Shown: piece by piece, positions 12,973 through 26,899 of the stretch
Layout: the number at the start of each line of letters is the position of its first letter
How positions within the stretch are numbered: position 1 is the first letter of the stretch
Assembly: GCF_009914755.1 (NCBI RefSeq)
Contig: NC_060945.1
DNA length: 64,000 bases
Strand: one strand, 5' to 3'
DNA from: the human T2T-CHM13v2.0 reference genome, Homo sapiens
Notes under the pieces: model-generated
The model's input: the letters and a program-made list of their open reading frames with translations, nothing else
What the model was told of the DNA's origin: nothing
The model's database searches: none
Program-made: the position numbers and the translations under genes

Positions 12973-15900
12973 ATCTTTTCAATCACAAAGACGATTACTT
13001 CTCCTAAAGAAAAAACAGAGGTGTGACATGGCTCTCCAGAAGTCAAACTGATCTGAAAGACAGGAAGAGTCGAAATTCTTCCATCATGGAGTACAACCAT
13101 GAAATTGTTGCTACTCATAGAAAGTCTTAGTATAGTTTGGTTTAAACATTTTAAAATTGCAAATAAATATAGATAGATAATATCATGATGAGAAGGTCAC
13201 GGGAAGCCTGGAGATTTCAGGGTGCTCTTTCATAATTGGAGCGAGAATCATGTAACAGTTAAGAAACTAAACTCTTGAGCCTTCATAGTCTTTGCTTTCT
13301 CCCCATTTATTTATCTGATATTATATACCCTCTTTAATTATAGACTGGACTGAAATATTTTATTTTTGTTTTATTATAAAAAATCCTACTCGTCTTTAAC
13401 ATGTTCTCTTAAAGAGTGTTTCATATATAAATACTTTCCCCCCAAAATATAAAGAGGCTAACCACTATAGTATTGAAAGATTGAAAGAAAGACCTAGGGT
13501 GTCTAAAACCAAATTTAAAGGCTCAGTTCTAAGAGGAGTTAAAATGCTTCCTTTGTAAGCACTTTAAACTTCATCTTTAAACATTGATGAGAATATTATA
13601 AAGAATTCACAACAGCAGTTACATGGAGGTAGAAAAGAGTGTTGAGAAGAAGGAGGGTGATTGCAACAAATACAAAGAAACTATTGAGATGTAACAAAGA
13701 CGTGCAATTACCTATGAATGGGTAAACCAGTTATATATTTTGCTTTCACAGCATGAGATTATTTTTAATTTGAATTGGTTTACCATGTAATGACACTTCC
13801 ATTTTAAAGATTTTATGCATGTAACCTTAATACTCTCAAGGTTTCCAGACTTCAGAGAGGTAACTCATACTTTCATTGTACAGTGTCGGAGCACTTATAT
13901 TCCACAAGGATAAGTGCTTCCTGCTGGGACAAAGTCCTCATGCACCCGACAGATCCTTCCTGATCGTTACTTGTCATCCTTCATCTAATCTGTGCTCATA
14001 ACTTTTCCCCATCACGACTGCTTTTGGGCCCTTCTCCATGCAGTTGCCATTCTTACATATTTAACAAAAGCATTTTTAAAGTTGTCATTTAAGAAAGACT
14101 TTCCTAAGGGCTGAGGATAATAAAATGAAACTACGCTATTGACTAGCTAAAACGGGATATCATCTACCTGTGCTCCTAAAAGCTTCAGGCCTCTCTCTTT
14201 CCCTGTGAGTCCTTTAACAGCTATTTCTTCAAATTCTGACCTTCTCTATGGGATATCCCTCACGTTAACTTTCCCTACCCCTTATGGAGACTCCAATACC
14301 TGTCTCCTTTAGGCCTAGCCAGTGGCAAGAGAGGAGCATGATATGATGATGTCTCCGAAGAATTTCCTGCTCCCAATGAAAATGACTTCTACATGATTGA
14401 ACATAATGCTTTGTCCTTAATCAACAGCCATCTGCTCCAGAGATCACTAATGCCCAGTAACTCTGGGTGAATTGATTATATATAATGAACAAAAAGAATG
14501 TGCCAAAGTGGGCCCTAAGTCTCTTCAAAAAAAAAAAAAAAAAACCCAAAAAACAAACTAGCTTCCACACTTAAAACCAAAGGGCAAAGAAAAAAACAAG
14601 ATATAAACAGCAGTTTGCTCCCACTTTCACTTGATTAAAGTTCGAAATACTGGGACCCACTTGCTATGTGTGTGTGCATATGTATGTGTGCTTGTTGTAT
14701 GACATTATTTCATTGCACATATGAATTCCTAAACCTAGTTTCACATTTATATGTTGGGGTCACTTTGAATATTGTCTACTTTGTGATAAAGCAAATGATA
14801 TTTTATTTTGTGAATATGCATTAAATATGTGTTAATTTGTGTTAAAGATTATTACCAAATATGTCTATACTCTCAAGGAAAAATAAAAAGAAACATGTAG
14901 CTATTTGCTACAGAGGCAGAAGTATGTTGCCTCAAGTATTTTATTTACCTGTGTAAACCTATGTGAAGTGTTTTGAATGCTTTTGTTTTGTCAGCCATGG
15001 ATTCAGGTGTTTGTGGAAGCAGACTTGCATTAAAATTCACACAGGATTTTTTTTTTTTTTTTATTCATTGTACTTCTACATTGACCCATTGAGTCATGTA
15101 GAAATACATGTTATTTTGCATACATTTCCATATGGAAAAACGAAGAAAAAGAAGAGTTTTCTCTTTCAGAACATTTTATTATTCACTGCATTTTTGCTTT
15201 TCCATTCTTCATTGTATTTCTTACTATTGCTTACTAATACAAATACCTCCATGTGAATTTCTATTAGACTGTTTTTGGACGTTCTAGTGCTTTTTTCGAA
15301 GGACTATCCACGATCATCAGTTTCCAATAGCTACTTAAAGTATGGCATTCATAGCTGAATTTAATATCCCAGATATTTCCTTGACTGCATATCTCTGTCT
15401 TGTTTAATATGAAATAGACATTTTTCTTTTAAAGCAACAAGTTTATATTAACTCTTTATTAATCTATCATGTCACATGTTTGACTCATTTTGTGACTACC
15501 TCTTATATAATTTATATATGCCATCTTCTTTGCATTTCTTTATTTTTTGATTCAGTGTACAGTATTTGAGATATAAGAGAAGTATGTATAAAGGCAGGGA
15601 GAGGACTAGATCCAAGCCAGGAAAAAAGCTTTCTGCAATGTCATTTGATCCAGAAGAGAATTTTAAAACCACATTTTTAAGGTAAATAAGTCAGAGACTT
15701 GGGGACATTGAGAGAGGGTATTGGAAGAAAATAGTGCAGCAGAGATAGAGCATTTCAGAACTTCAGATAATGCAACTTTGGTTAGCTTAATTTAAATAAA
15801 ATTAATATTTAACTCTAGACTTTGTGGCTGCTGAGTTGTATATGCCAAGACTGTTTTATAAATAGCCACAGTGGACTAAATGGCCATACTATTTAGGGAA

Positions 15901-16076
15901 CCTAACATAAGAACCTTTTTATATTTGGAATATAATAGTTTCTTGTACATATTAATCTAGACTTCATCTTTTACATAGCATTTCTCATACAAGCCACATT
16001 TTATTGACAAGTTAAAAATGGTTTTGCACAGTATCCTCTTTGATTTTAGATGAACAGACATTCTCGTTCTCTAAAA

Positions 16077-16287
16077 TAGTGGTTCTCAATGAGGATGTTT
16101 TATCCCACAGAACACATTAGCCAATGTCTAGAGACATTTTTGGTTGCCACACTGCACATGGATGTTGGGGTGCCAATAGTATGTAGCAGATAGAGACCAA
16201 GGAAGCTGCTAAATATGCTACAGGGAAAGCACCTCCACCCTCAACGAAGTGCAAAATATTAATAGTGTCCAGACAGAGAAATTCTGG
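16077..16287 (+). mobile_element. MER20 (hAT-Charlie) DNA transposon
   Basis: agtggttctcaa...caatgtctagagacatttttggttg...gctgctaaa...aatagtg...gagaaattctg. Confidence 0.8.
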
Positions 16288-18914
16288 TCTAGAAGTTAAA
16301 GGGCTGTAATGTTGGAGCAATTATTTGATAATATGTTAGCTCCGATATGGAAATGTCTAACCCTGTGGATTTAGTATCATTATAATTAATGATGTGAAAT
16401 ATAATTTCACATGTCAGCCATTCACATGTCTGAACTAATCTGATAATAAGGTGAGGATTGCGTTTGTACATGCTTGACATGTATTTGTGAGTGGCCATTA
16501 TAGCTATACTTATCACAGTGTATTTACTCCACTGCTGTTAAATTTAATTGGATTTATTATGCATAATGCCAATTGAAAAAGGTAGTATTTTGATGTGTTT
16601 CAGCTTACCACATCACTAAAAAACAGTAAAATGATTATACCATATGTGAAAATAGTCACAATAATCAAATTATATTAATTTTAGCATTCAATAATATGCA
16701 AACATATTATGTTTTAAATGCACAAGCATATCTGTGTATGGGTTCTGTGTATTTTTTAGTCTAAATCTTCCAGATTCTGGTAGATATTTTTTAGAAAAAC
16801 TATTTTATCTATTTATCCAAAGTCTGTGGATATATGTTTAATTGTCTTTCCATATATTTAAAATGTTGTCTTAAGCAGACAATTTTAGAAATCAAAACAT
16901 TATCAGAAACAAGTTTTCAAGACATATGGGAACATTAATAATACTTAATGCTAATTAAAATTGTCTATTATGATGGAATATAAATCTATCACACCCTATT
17001 AAGCAGGAGTAAAAAATGACAAAATTGGAATACTGCAGTGTTTCCTCTTAATATGGTGTGGTGGGGATGTGAGTAGCATAGACACACACAGACATTTACC
17101 CACACATATAGTTTTATTTGAAGAGCCCATTTTTAACCTATTTGTTGGCTTATTTTAATTGAGCTTAGAGCAGGTACGGTGGAAGAAGTGGAAGATTTAA
17201 AAGAGAAAAGTCTTGGTTGATGGTGAATGTCCTTGAATGCAGGGCAAGTCATCCAGGGCCCAGGTAAAGAGATTATTATTCTAGGATAATAGGCATGCAA
17301 CTAAAAATGCTAAGAAGAAAGGAAGAAGCCAAGGAAAGGTGGGCCTAAAATCAAGATTGTATGTAAGGAAGATTTTCAGATGCCATCTTTTTTTCCTCTC
17401 TCTTTAAGGTATAAGTTTGCTGAGAGGAAAAGGAGTAAGGATTGTATAAGGTGTGAAAATATGTGACGTTTCAGAGTAGCAATTTATAGCAGTGAAAACA
17501 GCTGTAGGTATTAAGTGATAGTCTGAAGAGTTCAGCTAAATAGCATCAATCCACATCATCTGCAGATAATTTGATATTTCCGTTCTAAAAGAGTTAAAGA
17601 CCTGTGTTCAATATTTTCTTTCAAAGTGTTCTTGAATATAGTCTAAGTGTCATTTAAAGTTATTGCTGGGGCTTGGCTTAATTACAACGTGGCTGCTATA
17701 AACAATCACAGTTGTAGATGCTGAACACATATTTTCTGTCATCAGGTGGTATGCTTTAGTTTGTTCCTGTTTTAATGATAATCACATAATTTAGATTTAG
17801 ATGCATTTTATACTATCAGTCTTGATGAACATTCATGATACCTTTCTTATCTAGGTTTAAGTTGATAGAACTTACCACATAAAAAGTATGAAGCCCCTTT
17901 GATTGATAACCTGATTGGAAATATTTAATTAATCTGTTCAGAGATGAGTTAAACAGAAGATACTAATTATGTTGGAATCATACAGCCTATTCTTTTTGAA
18001 TCTTTTCTTATGAAGTAAGTACTATGACAAAATAATAGAAATCAAGTCGTTTGAATGTTTTGAAATTGATTGAATATTTTAAAATATAAACTTATTTTAA
18101 CACATAGATATGTCTTAACAGTATGCCTACTTACCATCCTTTATAGGGGCTTTTACTGTTATTTTACTTAGTTATATTAATCTATTAAATATTCATCATA
18201 GGTTTTAAAAATTATGTATTCACTTACAGTGTTGTGATTTTCAATCACCATAACATCACAGGAATATTACCAGTATTTCAATGCAATAATTGTTGTCATC
18301 ACTTTGTGTTTTTTATGTTGGAAAGCAGCCGTAATGGAGAGGGTAGCATAGAATTGACTTTAAAATATGTAGATTGTCTAGACACCTTTAACCAAGATAC
18401 ACCATCTCTCCTCACTTAAATGATAAAGGGAGGTATCACTCCTATATTTCCTTAATATTTAGAAGTGGTATAATGTAAAGTTTTAATATTAATTTGAAAG
18501 GAGAGGAGCTTTAAGTGAGTAAAATATCTTGAAAAAGAGAGGGTTTGTTTCTGGTTTTAAATATTGGCATATACGTAAGTATAAACAAAGTTGAAGGATA
18601 GTGGGATATATTTAAAATTACTTCCATCTGCAAAATGCTGATTTACAGAAATATCTCAAAGTATTTTGTAGTCGTTTTTATTTTGCTTTTTTTTCGCCTA
18701 AGTATACAGAAATCATCATCCCCATCCATAAAGTTAGAAGCATAGTATTTCAATTCCAATCACAGTAATACAATCATGAAAGTGATATTTGACTGGTAAA
18801 TCATAACTTATACGTATTTTCACAAATCCCAGTGAGTTACACATTCAGCAAATGTTGGGCATCTATTCAGAGCCATGTGTTAGGCACTCAGGGAACAGGA
18901 AGCTTGCCCTTTAG

Positions 18915-19053
18915 GACTTGCCCTCATAAGGAGCTAACGCTACCGATATCTTGATCTCAGACTTGTAGTCTCAAGAACTTTGAGATAAATTTTTGTTGTT
19001 TAAGCCGCCTAGTTTGTGGTACTTTGTAATGGCAGTCCTAGCAAACGAATGCA
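18915..19053 (+). mobile_element. MLT1 (MaLR) LTR 3' fragment
   Basis: ttgatctcagactt...ttgtttaagccgcctagtttgtggtactttgt...cctagcaaacgaatgca. Confidence 0.8.
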
Positions 19054-19588
19054 CCAACTAGTAGGTCAGTTTTTTTGAAAGACAAAATGTATTGTTTGTT
19101 TTTAATTTTTATAGTGATAAAGAGGTCAATTATGCCTCATATCTGTGATTGAAAATAATCATACAATGTAAACATTTTCAGAAAAAAATTCCTAAGTTTA
19201 TCAGCATTTAAAAACATTGTGTCATATGCAGAGAAAGGTGATCATAACTCATATGCAGATGAAGTAATTGAAATACTTGATTTTGGTTCTCAAAATATAA
19301 AGCATTTACATTCCAAGTATCTTTGCAGTGTTAGTGTTATGTTGTATCATAATGCAATTCATGCTGGATAAAAGTTCTTCTAAAAGAGAAAATGAACATT
19401 AACACAAAACAAAAAATCTGAGTAGTTTTCTGCTAGTACAAAGTCCATCTTACCTTACTTTTTAAATTTGCACCTAATGCTGGCAAAACCAGTTCTGTAG
19501 CATAGGTAAATAGCCTTAAAATATCTTTGAATCAGTCCTAAATTTTACCCTGGTCCCTCAAGTCATAGCACTGTTTATCTTTACATTC

Positions 19589-19896
19589 TTTTTTTTTTTT
19601 TTTTTTTTTTTTTTTGAGCCGGAGTCTCACTCTGTCACCCAGGCTGGAGTGCAGAGGTGACCTGGGCTCACTGCAACCTCTGCCTCCTGGGTTCAAGTGA
19701 TTCTCTTGCCTCTCAGCCTCCTGAGTAGCTGGGTCTACAGGCATGCGCCAGCACGCCTGGCTAATTTTTGTATTTTTAGTAGAGATGGAGTTTCACCATG
19801 TTGGCCAGGCTGGTCTTGAGCTCCTGGCCTCAAGTGATCCACCCGCCTCAGCCTCCCAAAGTGCTGGGATTACAGGCATGAGCCACCGTGCCTGGA
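19589..19896 (-). mobile_element. AluS (Sx/Sz)
   Basis: full antisense Alu; TSD ttacattctt at ~19581 and ~19901. Confidence 0.93.
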
Positions 19897-21274
19897 CACG
19901 TTACATTCTTAATGCCAAATGAAATGTATAATGGGGAAGATTAAAAATGAATATAGAAAGTGTCAAAAAAAAATAAATTTTCTAGTTGTTAAAATCCTTA
20001 CCTTAGTATGTGTGTAGAACTTTCGAAAGAAAAGAAGGAAAAATAAAGCAAAACAAAACAAAAATCAAAATCATTCAATAACTTGAATATTTAATACACT
20101 AATATCAGTGGTTTCTTTGGTATTTATTACTGGTTTACGTTACAATTATTTTATACTTGATTTTTTTTCTCTATGTGTATTAAGAGCTTATTGTTTATTA
20201 GTCATATTACTAAGCTCTGGGATAAAATGTTAAAAAATTTGTATAAAGTTTCTTACATCAATTATATTTCTGTTCTGGCCATGGGCATGTGATATTTGCA
20301 CACATAATGATTTCTTGATAACAGCCAAGGAGAAAGCAAAGTTAATTTGTTTGGATTTGGACATCCAGGAAGTGGCTTGTTGTCTTAGACCTGAGGGATA
20401 CTGGGTGATTCTTGCCAAAGAATTAGGGGGATACAGATCTTAAGTAGAAGGAGCAGAGTGTGTGAAGGCCCTGAGTTGTGAGATTTTAGTGCATGTTGGA
20501 AACAAAATTAGGTCAGTGTGGCTACAGCATTGAATGTGGAGGCTTTGAGGCTGGAGATATTGGTGGGGGCAAGGTTCATGCCAGCCACTGAGGGCGTGCT
20601 AAGAATTGTGACTTCAATCCAAGTACAAAACCCTCTAACTTTAGAGTATAATAAAAGGAGACTCAGTCTAGCTATCTTAAAGAACAATGTTAATCTTCAT
20701 TCTGGCATTCATAAAAAGGGCTGGCCTAGAACTTCTATGGAATGTGCTGGGCAGAAGGCTTCTTTAAATATCTTGGCTCCAAAATTTCTCAATCACATAA
20801 CTCATTAAGAATTGTACTATATCGTATTATTGATGTCTTGCTGAGGTCCCACTATTATGGTTTCTGTCATTTATTGTCTTTTCTCCACTGAAAGCATTGT
20901 CTTCCACCTGCAGGTGGTCACCAGCTAGGTTAGTCATTCTAGGAATTGCTGTGGGAAGAAGTGTTCTCTTGCCCCTCAGGGTTCATCACTCTGAGATGTG
21001 TCATTTTTTAAAATCAATTTGGCTTTTTCAGTAGAAATTCATGTGGACAGTTTCTGGTAATAAAATCCTGAATCATGCTACAGAAAACTGAGAAACATTA
21101 ATCTCAAGGCCTCAGGAAATGGGTTTTAGCTTATTATAACTGTTTACATATGGGACTGCTACTATATTTTTCAGTGTGTAAACCTAGATGTCAAATGAGT
21201 TAAGAACTTGATCAACGGGCAACATGATTACTCTGTGCTCATTTCTTTTCTAGGGTTAAAAGTCTCACTTCCAA

Positions 21275-21606
<332 letters not shown>

Positions 21607-23985
21607 TTACTTCCAAATAAGAGAAAATTATAGAAGTCATAAGCCAATAATACTTCCTTTCCTTTAATCCCATTTAACAAGCAATTATATTAAAACCCTA
21701 AGTCATCTGGGTCTTTTTTTTCCCACTTGATTTACATGAGTCTTAAGCTTTATTGCTTGTACTTATATCTGATCTGTGGACAACAAAAACTACCTAATAC
21801 AACGACAAAAACAAAAACAACAAATACTTTACATAACCCACAGTCTAAGCATCATAAACTGTAAGTGATGTGGCACTGAATGAATACTTTTTATTCTCCT
21901 CATTTTTGAATAGGTGAATCTTCTTTACGTTGTGTTTTTAATCATGTAAGTATCTCGTCATTAAAAATGACGCCTTGAAAAATTATTCTATAATCAATAT
22001 ACCGCAGGGTTTCTAGAGTCCCAATTCATTGAGGATGGCTATTTCAAGACAAATTCAATATTCATTGTTTAAAATTCGTTGAGTTCTAATTATCTTCAAG
22101 GTCATAGAAGTGCTTCGTTATTTTGATGGGAGTGTGTACTATGACTACTATATTTATCCTTAGCCATTTACAAAACGGTTTATATGTAAGAGTTTTATGT
22201 CAATAAATTTGAGCAAATTAGACAAGGGAGTGTTCTATTTCAATTCAAAGATAATTTTAATTCACTAACTCTTAGCTAGATTAATGGTCCTACTAAAAAT
22301 TAAGCACTCCCCAATGCATGGTATGTGTACCAAATGACCTCATTAAATAGGTATATGCAGAACAGATGCCTCTATGACCTGTCTCCAGATTTACTGAGCA
22401 GAGAGTGTCCTTGTTAAGTGCCCCTATGATCAGTGAATGAATTTCAAATTGGAGACACAAGGACGATACTTCTTCATGGGATATTCTATGTAATTTGGAT
22501 ATTTCTCTGTTCAGTTCTCTCTGCAGTTTGGTAGAATTTGAAATGTAAAAGAGATTCATCTTTTGCTGATGAATTTATCATTTTCTTACAAATGAATAGA
22601 TACTTGATTTTATGGTCAGAGTTTCGTCTTTGAATACAGTTTTTTGTTACCATACCTTTGCTTTGCCAGACAATGGAGATTGGTGTTTTAAGTTAATTTT
22701 TGTATATTAGCACATTTAAAAATGACACCTGATTTGATTTGAATTATTCCATATATAGAATGTATGACTCTAAATGCAGTTTTTTATAACATACACACAC
22801 ACACACACAGATATACACCTTTAAGGCATTTAATTCAAACCGTAATTGTTTTACTGTTGCTTCTGCTATTGTTATTGGCATTATGGGACACAGCTAAAAA
22901 ATGATGTAGCTGTGGAAACACTGCTTGATCTTTTGACATGCTACTATTGATGCCTCTATGCGCAAGAAAGTTCAATATAAGTATAAAGTAAAATTGTAAA
23001 ATTAATTTTCCAATGATGTATTTTAGGTTGTTGGCTTTTTTGTTGTTTCGTCTTTTACTTTAAAATCCAAAGGAAATTTAGAATGATTTTGGAACCAGAT
23101 TTACATTTGAAATATTATAAATATATATACTTTTAAGCCTATAGCAAGCTAAAATTTGTTTACAGGTGTTTAATGTACCCAAAGCATTATTAGATGAAGT
23201 CAGTTTTCTTAATGTTTCTATGGAAATAACTGAATTACTGTGTTATTGATAGGAAGTGATCATTTGATCTTAGCAATGGAGAGAACTACAGCATAACTGT
23301 AGCGTGTGTTAGAGATACTCATTCCACTGGGGGTATTACCTTAATGTTAACTAAATGTTATATTGCTACTGGAAATCATTAAAAATATATGCGTCTGTTT
23401 AAGTAGGTTTATGCAGATATGGAGTATAAATATTAAGAAAGGAGCTGTATGCATAAACACTTTTTTAAATTATTGCTAATATACTTAATGTTTAAAAATA
23501 CATATATTTATTATAAAATTATATTTAAATATAGCAAAATGTATTACACAGTAAATTTAAAGGCAAAACTTAATTGATTGTAACAATCTATCTTTAAAGC
23601 TGGCATGAGAGAGAGAATATTACTTCAATTAAAAATGCGTTACTAAAAAGTGCTCTTTTCTAGAAAAAATAAACTTCATAAACAAGTATGAAGAGGGGAA
23701 TTGTGTACCACGTTTGTAATAAAACATGAGAACTATGTTAATGAATATTACAAGTATAAATTTTACAATATGCTACTGACATATATAGACAAATAATGGA
23801 ATATTGATCTTAAAACATGGGCTACCTCTTTTATATAGGAATAATATGAATTACCATATGAATGTGCATTTTCCAACATTTCACTCAGTTCTTCTCAATA
23901 TGTATTGAAAACTTTGGGAGAATGCACACTCTGATATTATGCAATACATTCTATAGTCTTTCTTGCATCATCCTACTTTTCACAG

Positions 23986-24003
23986 ACCCCTCTTTAAACA
24001 CTG
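23986..24003 (+). other. Candidate 18-nt frame-preserving microexon of an unidentified host gene
   Basis: acceptor tctttcttgcatcatcctacttttcacag, exon ACCCCTCTTTAAACACTG, donor CTG|gtaaga; lies in ~2.9 kb with no recognised interspersed repeat. Confidence 0.45.
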
Positions 24004-24503
24004 GTAAGACCTTTGTATAAATCTAACATAATCATTCTACTTATATTAATTACATACAATTGTTTTAAATTCCTATGAAGAAAGAAAAAAGTAGACTTGC
24101 ATAAATTATTCTAAGAACATGAGAGAAAAAATAAACTGGCAGGGCCAGATCTATTTCTCTGTTGATAAATTAGAATCAGTATATGTTTTCTTTGCATATA
24201 GTTATATAATCAAGGGAATTATGGAATATAGCCCATTGACCCTTTTATGTGGGTTATAATAGAGATGGATGATGTATATTGGGGCAGAGGAATTGGGTCA
24301 GGATACATTAAAAAAACTGAATTTCTTGTCTTCTTGTCTTCCAAAAAGTGCTATATTTTTAAAGCTCAGTTTCTTGATGAAAGAAATAACTTTCTGATTG
24401 AGGAACTTGGTTTTCATGTATGTAAGGTGTTCATTTAACTTTTTGTGAAAGATGTACATAACCAAATAAAGACTAATTAATTATGTACTACTAAAATAAT
24501 GAC

Positions 24504-25095
<592 letters not shown>

Positions 25096-25844
25096 GGTAT
25101 TGCATTTGTATGCAATGACCAATGACTTATCGTTATTACGCTCCTCTTTTGTATTATTATCTGCGTAACGGGTGCTACACACTTTTTCCAAGTTGTTAAT
25201 ATTCCAGTTTGTGAAGTCACTTTATATATATCTAAAATTTTCATACCACCCATTATTGCTTTTTTCACTGCTAGTTCAACCTTGTAGCTCATACTAAAAT
25301 GTAAAAGTACTGTCATATTTCCATGGCCAAATGCTTTCCTGGAATCACTCTGCTAAGTTGATACTTTCTAGTTTCCAAAGGGATGCAATTTCATGTGACT
25401 TTAAAAACTGATTTTATAAGATAATGTACTCTAGCTAATTTGCATATGATTAAAATCCAATTGTAATTATATTCACTATGGAGAATATTCAGAAACTCAT
25501 GGAAACTCTGGAGAGTTTTTCATACATTGTGTGTTATGTCCCCATGTAAAAATTCGACTGAAGCTAGTTGAATTCACTAATTCTTATCTAAGAAGAAATA
25601 TAGGTGATTTATTAATATGTACTTAATGCTGAAGTGTCTTTCATTGTATATATCAGTTCATTTTCTAGGAGCAGAGAGAATGTAAATTATATATGAATAA
25701 TATTTTTATTTAACCTTTAAAATTGCAGAAGAGACCCTTTAGGTTAAAAATGCGTTAGCTATCAACATCATCTCCTTCCTTAACTTGACTATTTTCCCAG
25801 AGTAGTAATTGCAAACCAAAAAGGTTTAATTATCTTTCTGATAG

Positions 25845-25909
25845 CACAGAAAATGTTTTCTGTCATAGACTACCCATAGTATAGTAATACCTCTTTGCCA
25901 CAGGTAAGT
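25845..25909 (+). other. Consensus splice signal CAG|GTAAGT (donor of a small exon or recursive splice site)
   Basis: cctctttgccacag|gtaagt; upstream acceptors tatctttctgatag (25844) and ttttctgtcatag (25868). Confidence 0.35.
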
Positions 25910-26899
25910 TCTAATACCTGGTGATGATTCCCCAACTGTGTACCCACTCAAACACTTTTCGACCTACCCTTCCTTTAAAAGATGTTTTGAGGAATTCCAG
26001 AAATAAAATGTATGACACAAATTGTGGGACTAGGTTAATACCATGATGCCTGTACTTTTGAAGGCAGGGAAGTGATAAGTGGTAAAATGAGACATTTCCT
26101 AGGGGTAGAGGTACAAAGCTAAAAAAGAAGGAAACCCAGACTGAATTTTACGTTTCTTATTTCCAACTCCTCTCGATGTCTACCTGGAAACCTTTCCAAT
26201 CTTTAAGCATTCAACTGCAGTGAAATATCCTCTGGGGACCTTCTGGGACATCCCAAGACAGAGTTCATCACCCTTTTTTAATAGTGTCCTGTACTTTTCT
26301 TATCTTTCTATTGTTGCTTTTAAAACATATTTTCTTGCAATTACCTTCACATGCACTGTGAACACCGGCAATTTAATGTGTTTTTGTGCATGTGTATGCA
26401 TGCACGCTGAATAAGTTCCTTGCATGCTAAAAAATGTTTCAACCTACAAAATAAATAGTAATGTCATTGCCTGGTTCGTGAAAATTTGGTGATAATAGAT
26501 TTCACAGAACCAGGAGAAACTTATAAAGATCAAGCTCCAGACATATTACTATGGAGGCCAAAATATCAAACAATAAAACAAAAAATGAACAACCCATTTA
26601 TAAAAGTACACACACCTATATAACCTGATATATGTACATAGTGTATATATATATATATATATAATCTAATATGTAAATATGTTATCAATTTATGGAAAAT
26701 CATGGCACAAATAGAAGATAGAAAAAATAAATTGTTAAATGACAATACAAAAAGTCTTTCTCTGTCAAAATGCCATATAATTAGATGGATGCACTAATAT
26801 AACAAACAGAAACTAATGAAGGAGGAGTAATCAGCAGTGATAAAAGGGTAGACAGAGGGCAGTGGAATTGAACAGAGGAAGAGGGGGGTGAAATGAAGG

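Noticed and set aside
13911-13921. taagtgcttcc matches the 5' end of miR-302-family mature miRNAs
   Set aside because: Match stops after 11 nt and the local stem is only 9-11 bp, not a pre-miRNA geometry.
13884-13951. Hammerhead ribozyme or tRNA interpretation of the 3-way junction
   Set aside because: No CUGANGA/GAAA core on either strand; no D/T-loop consensus.
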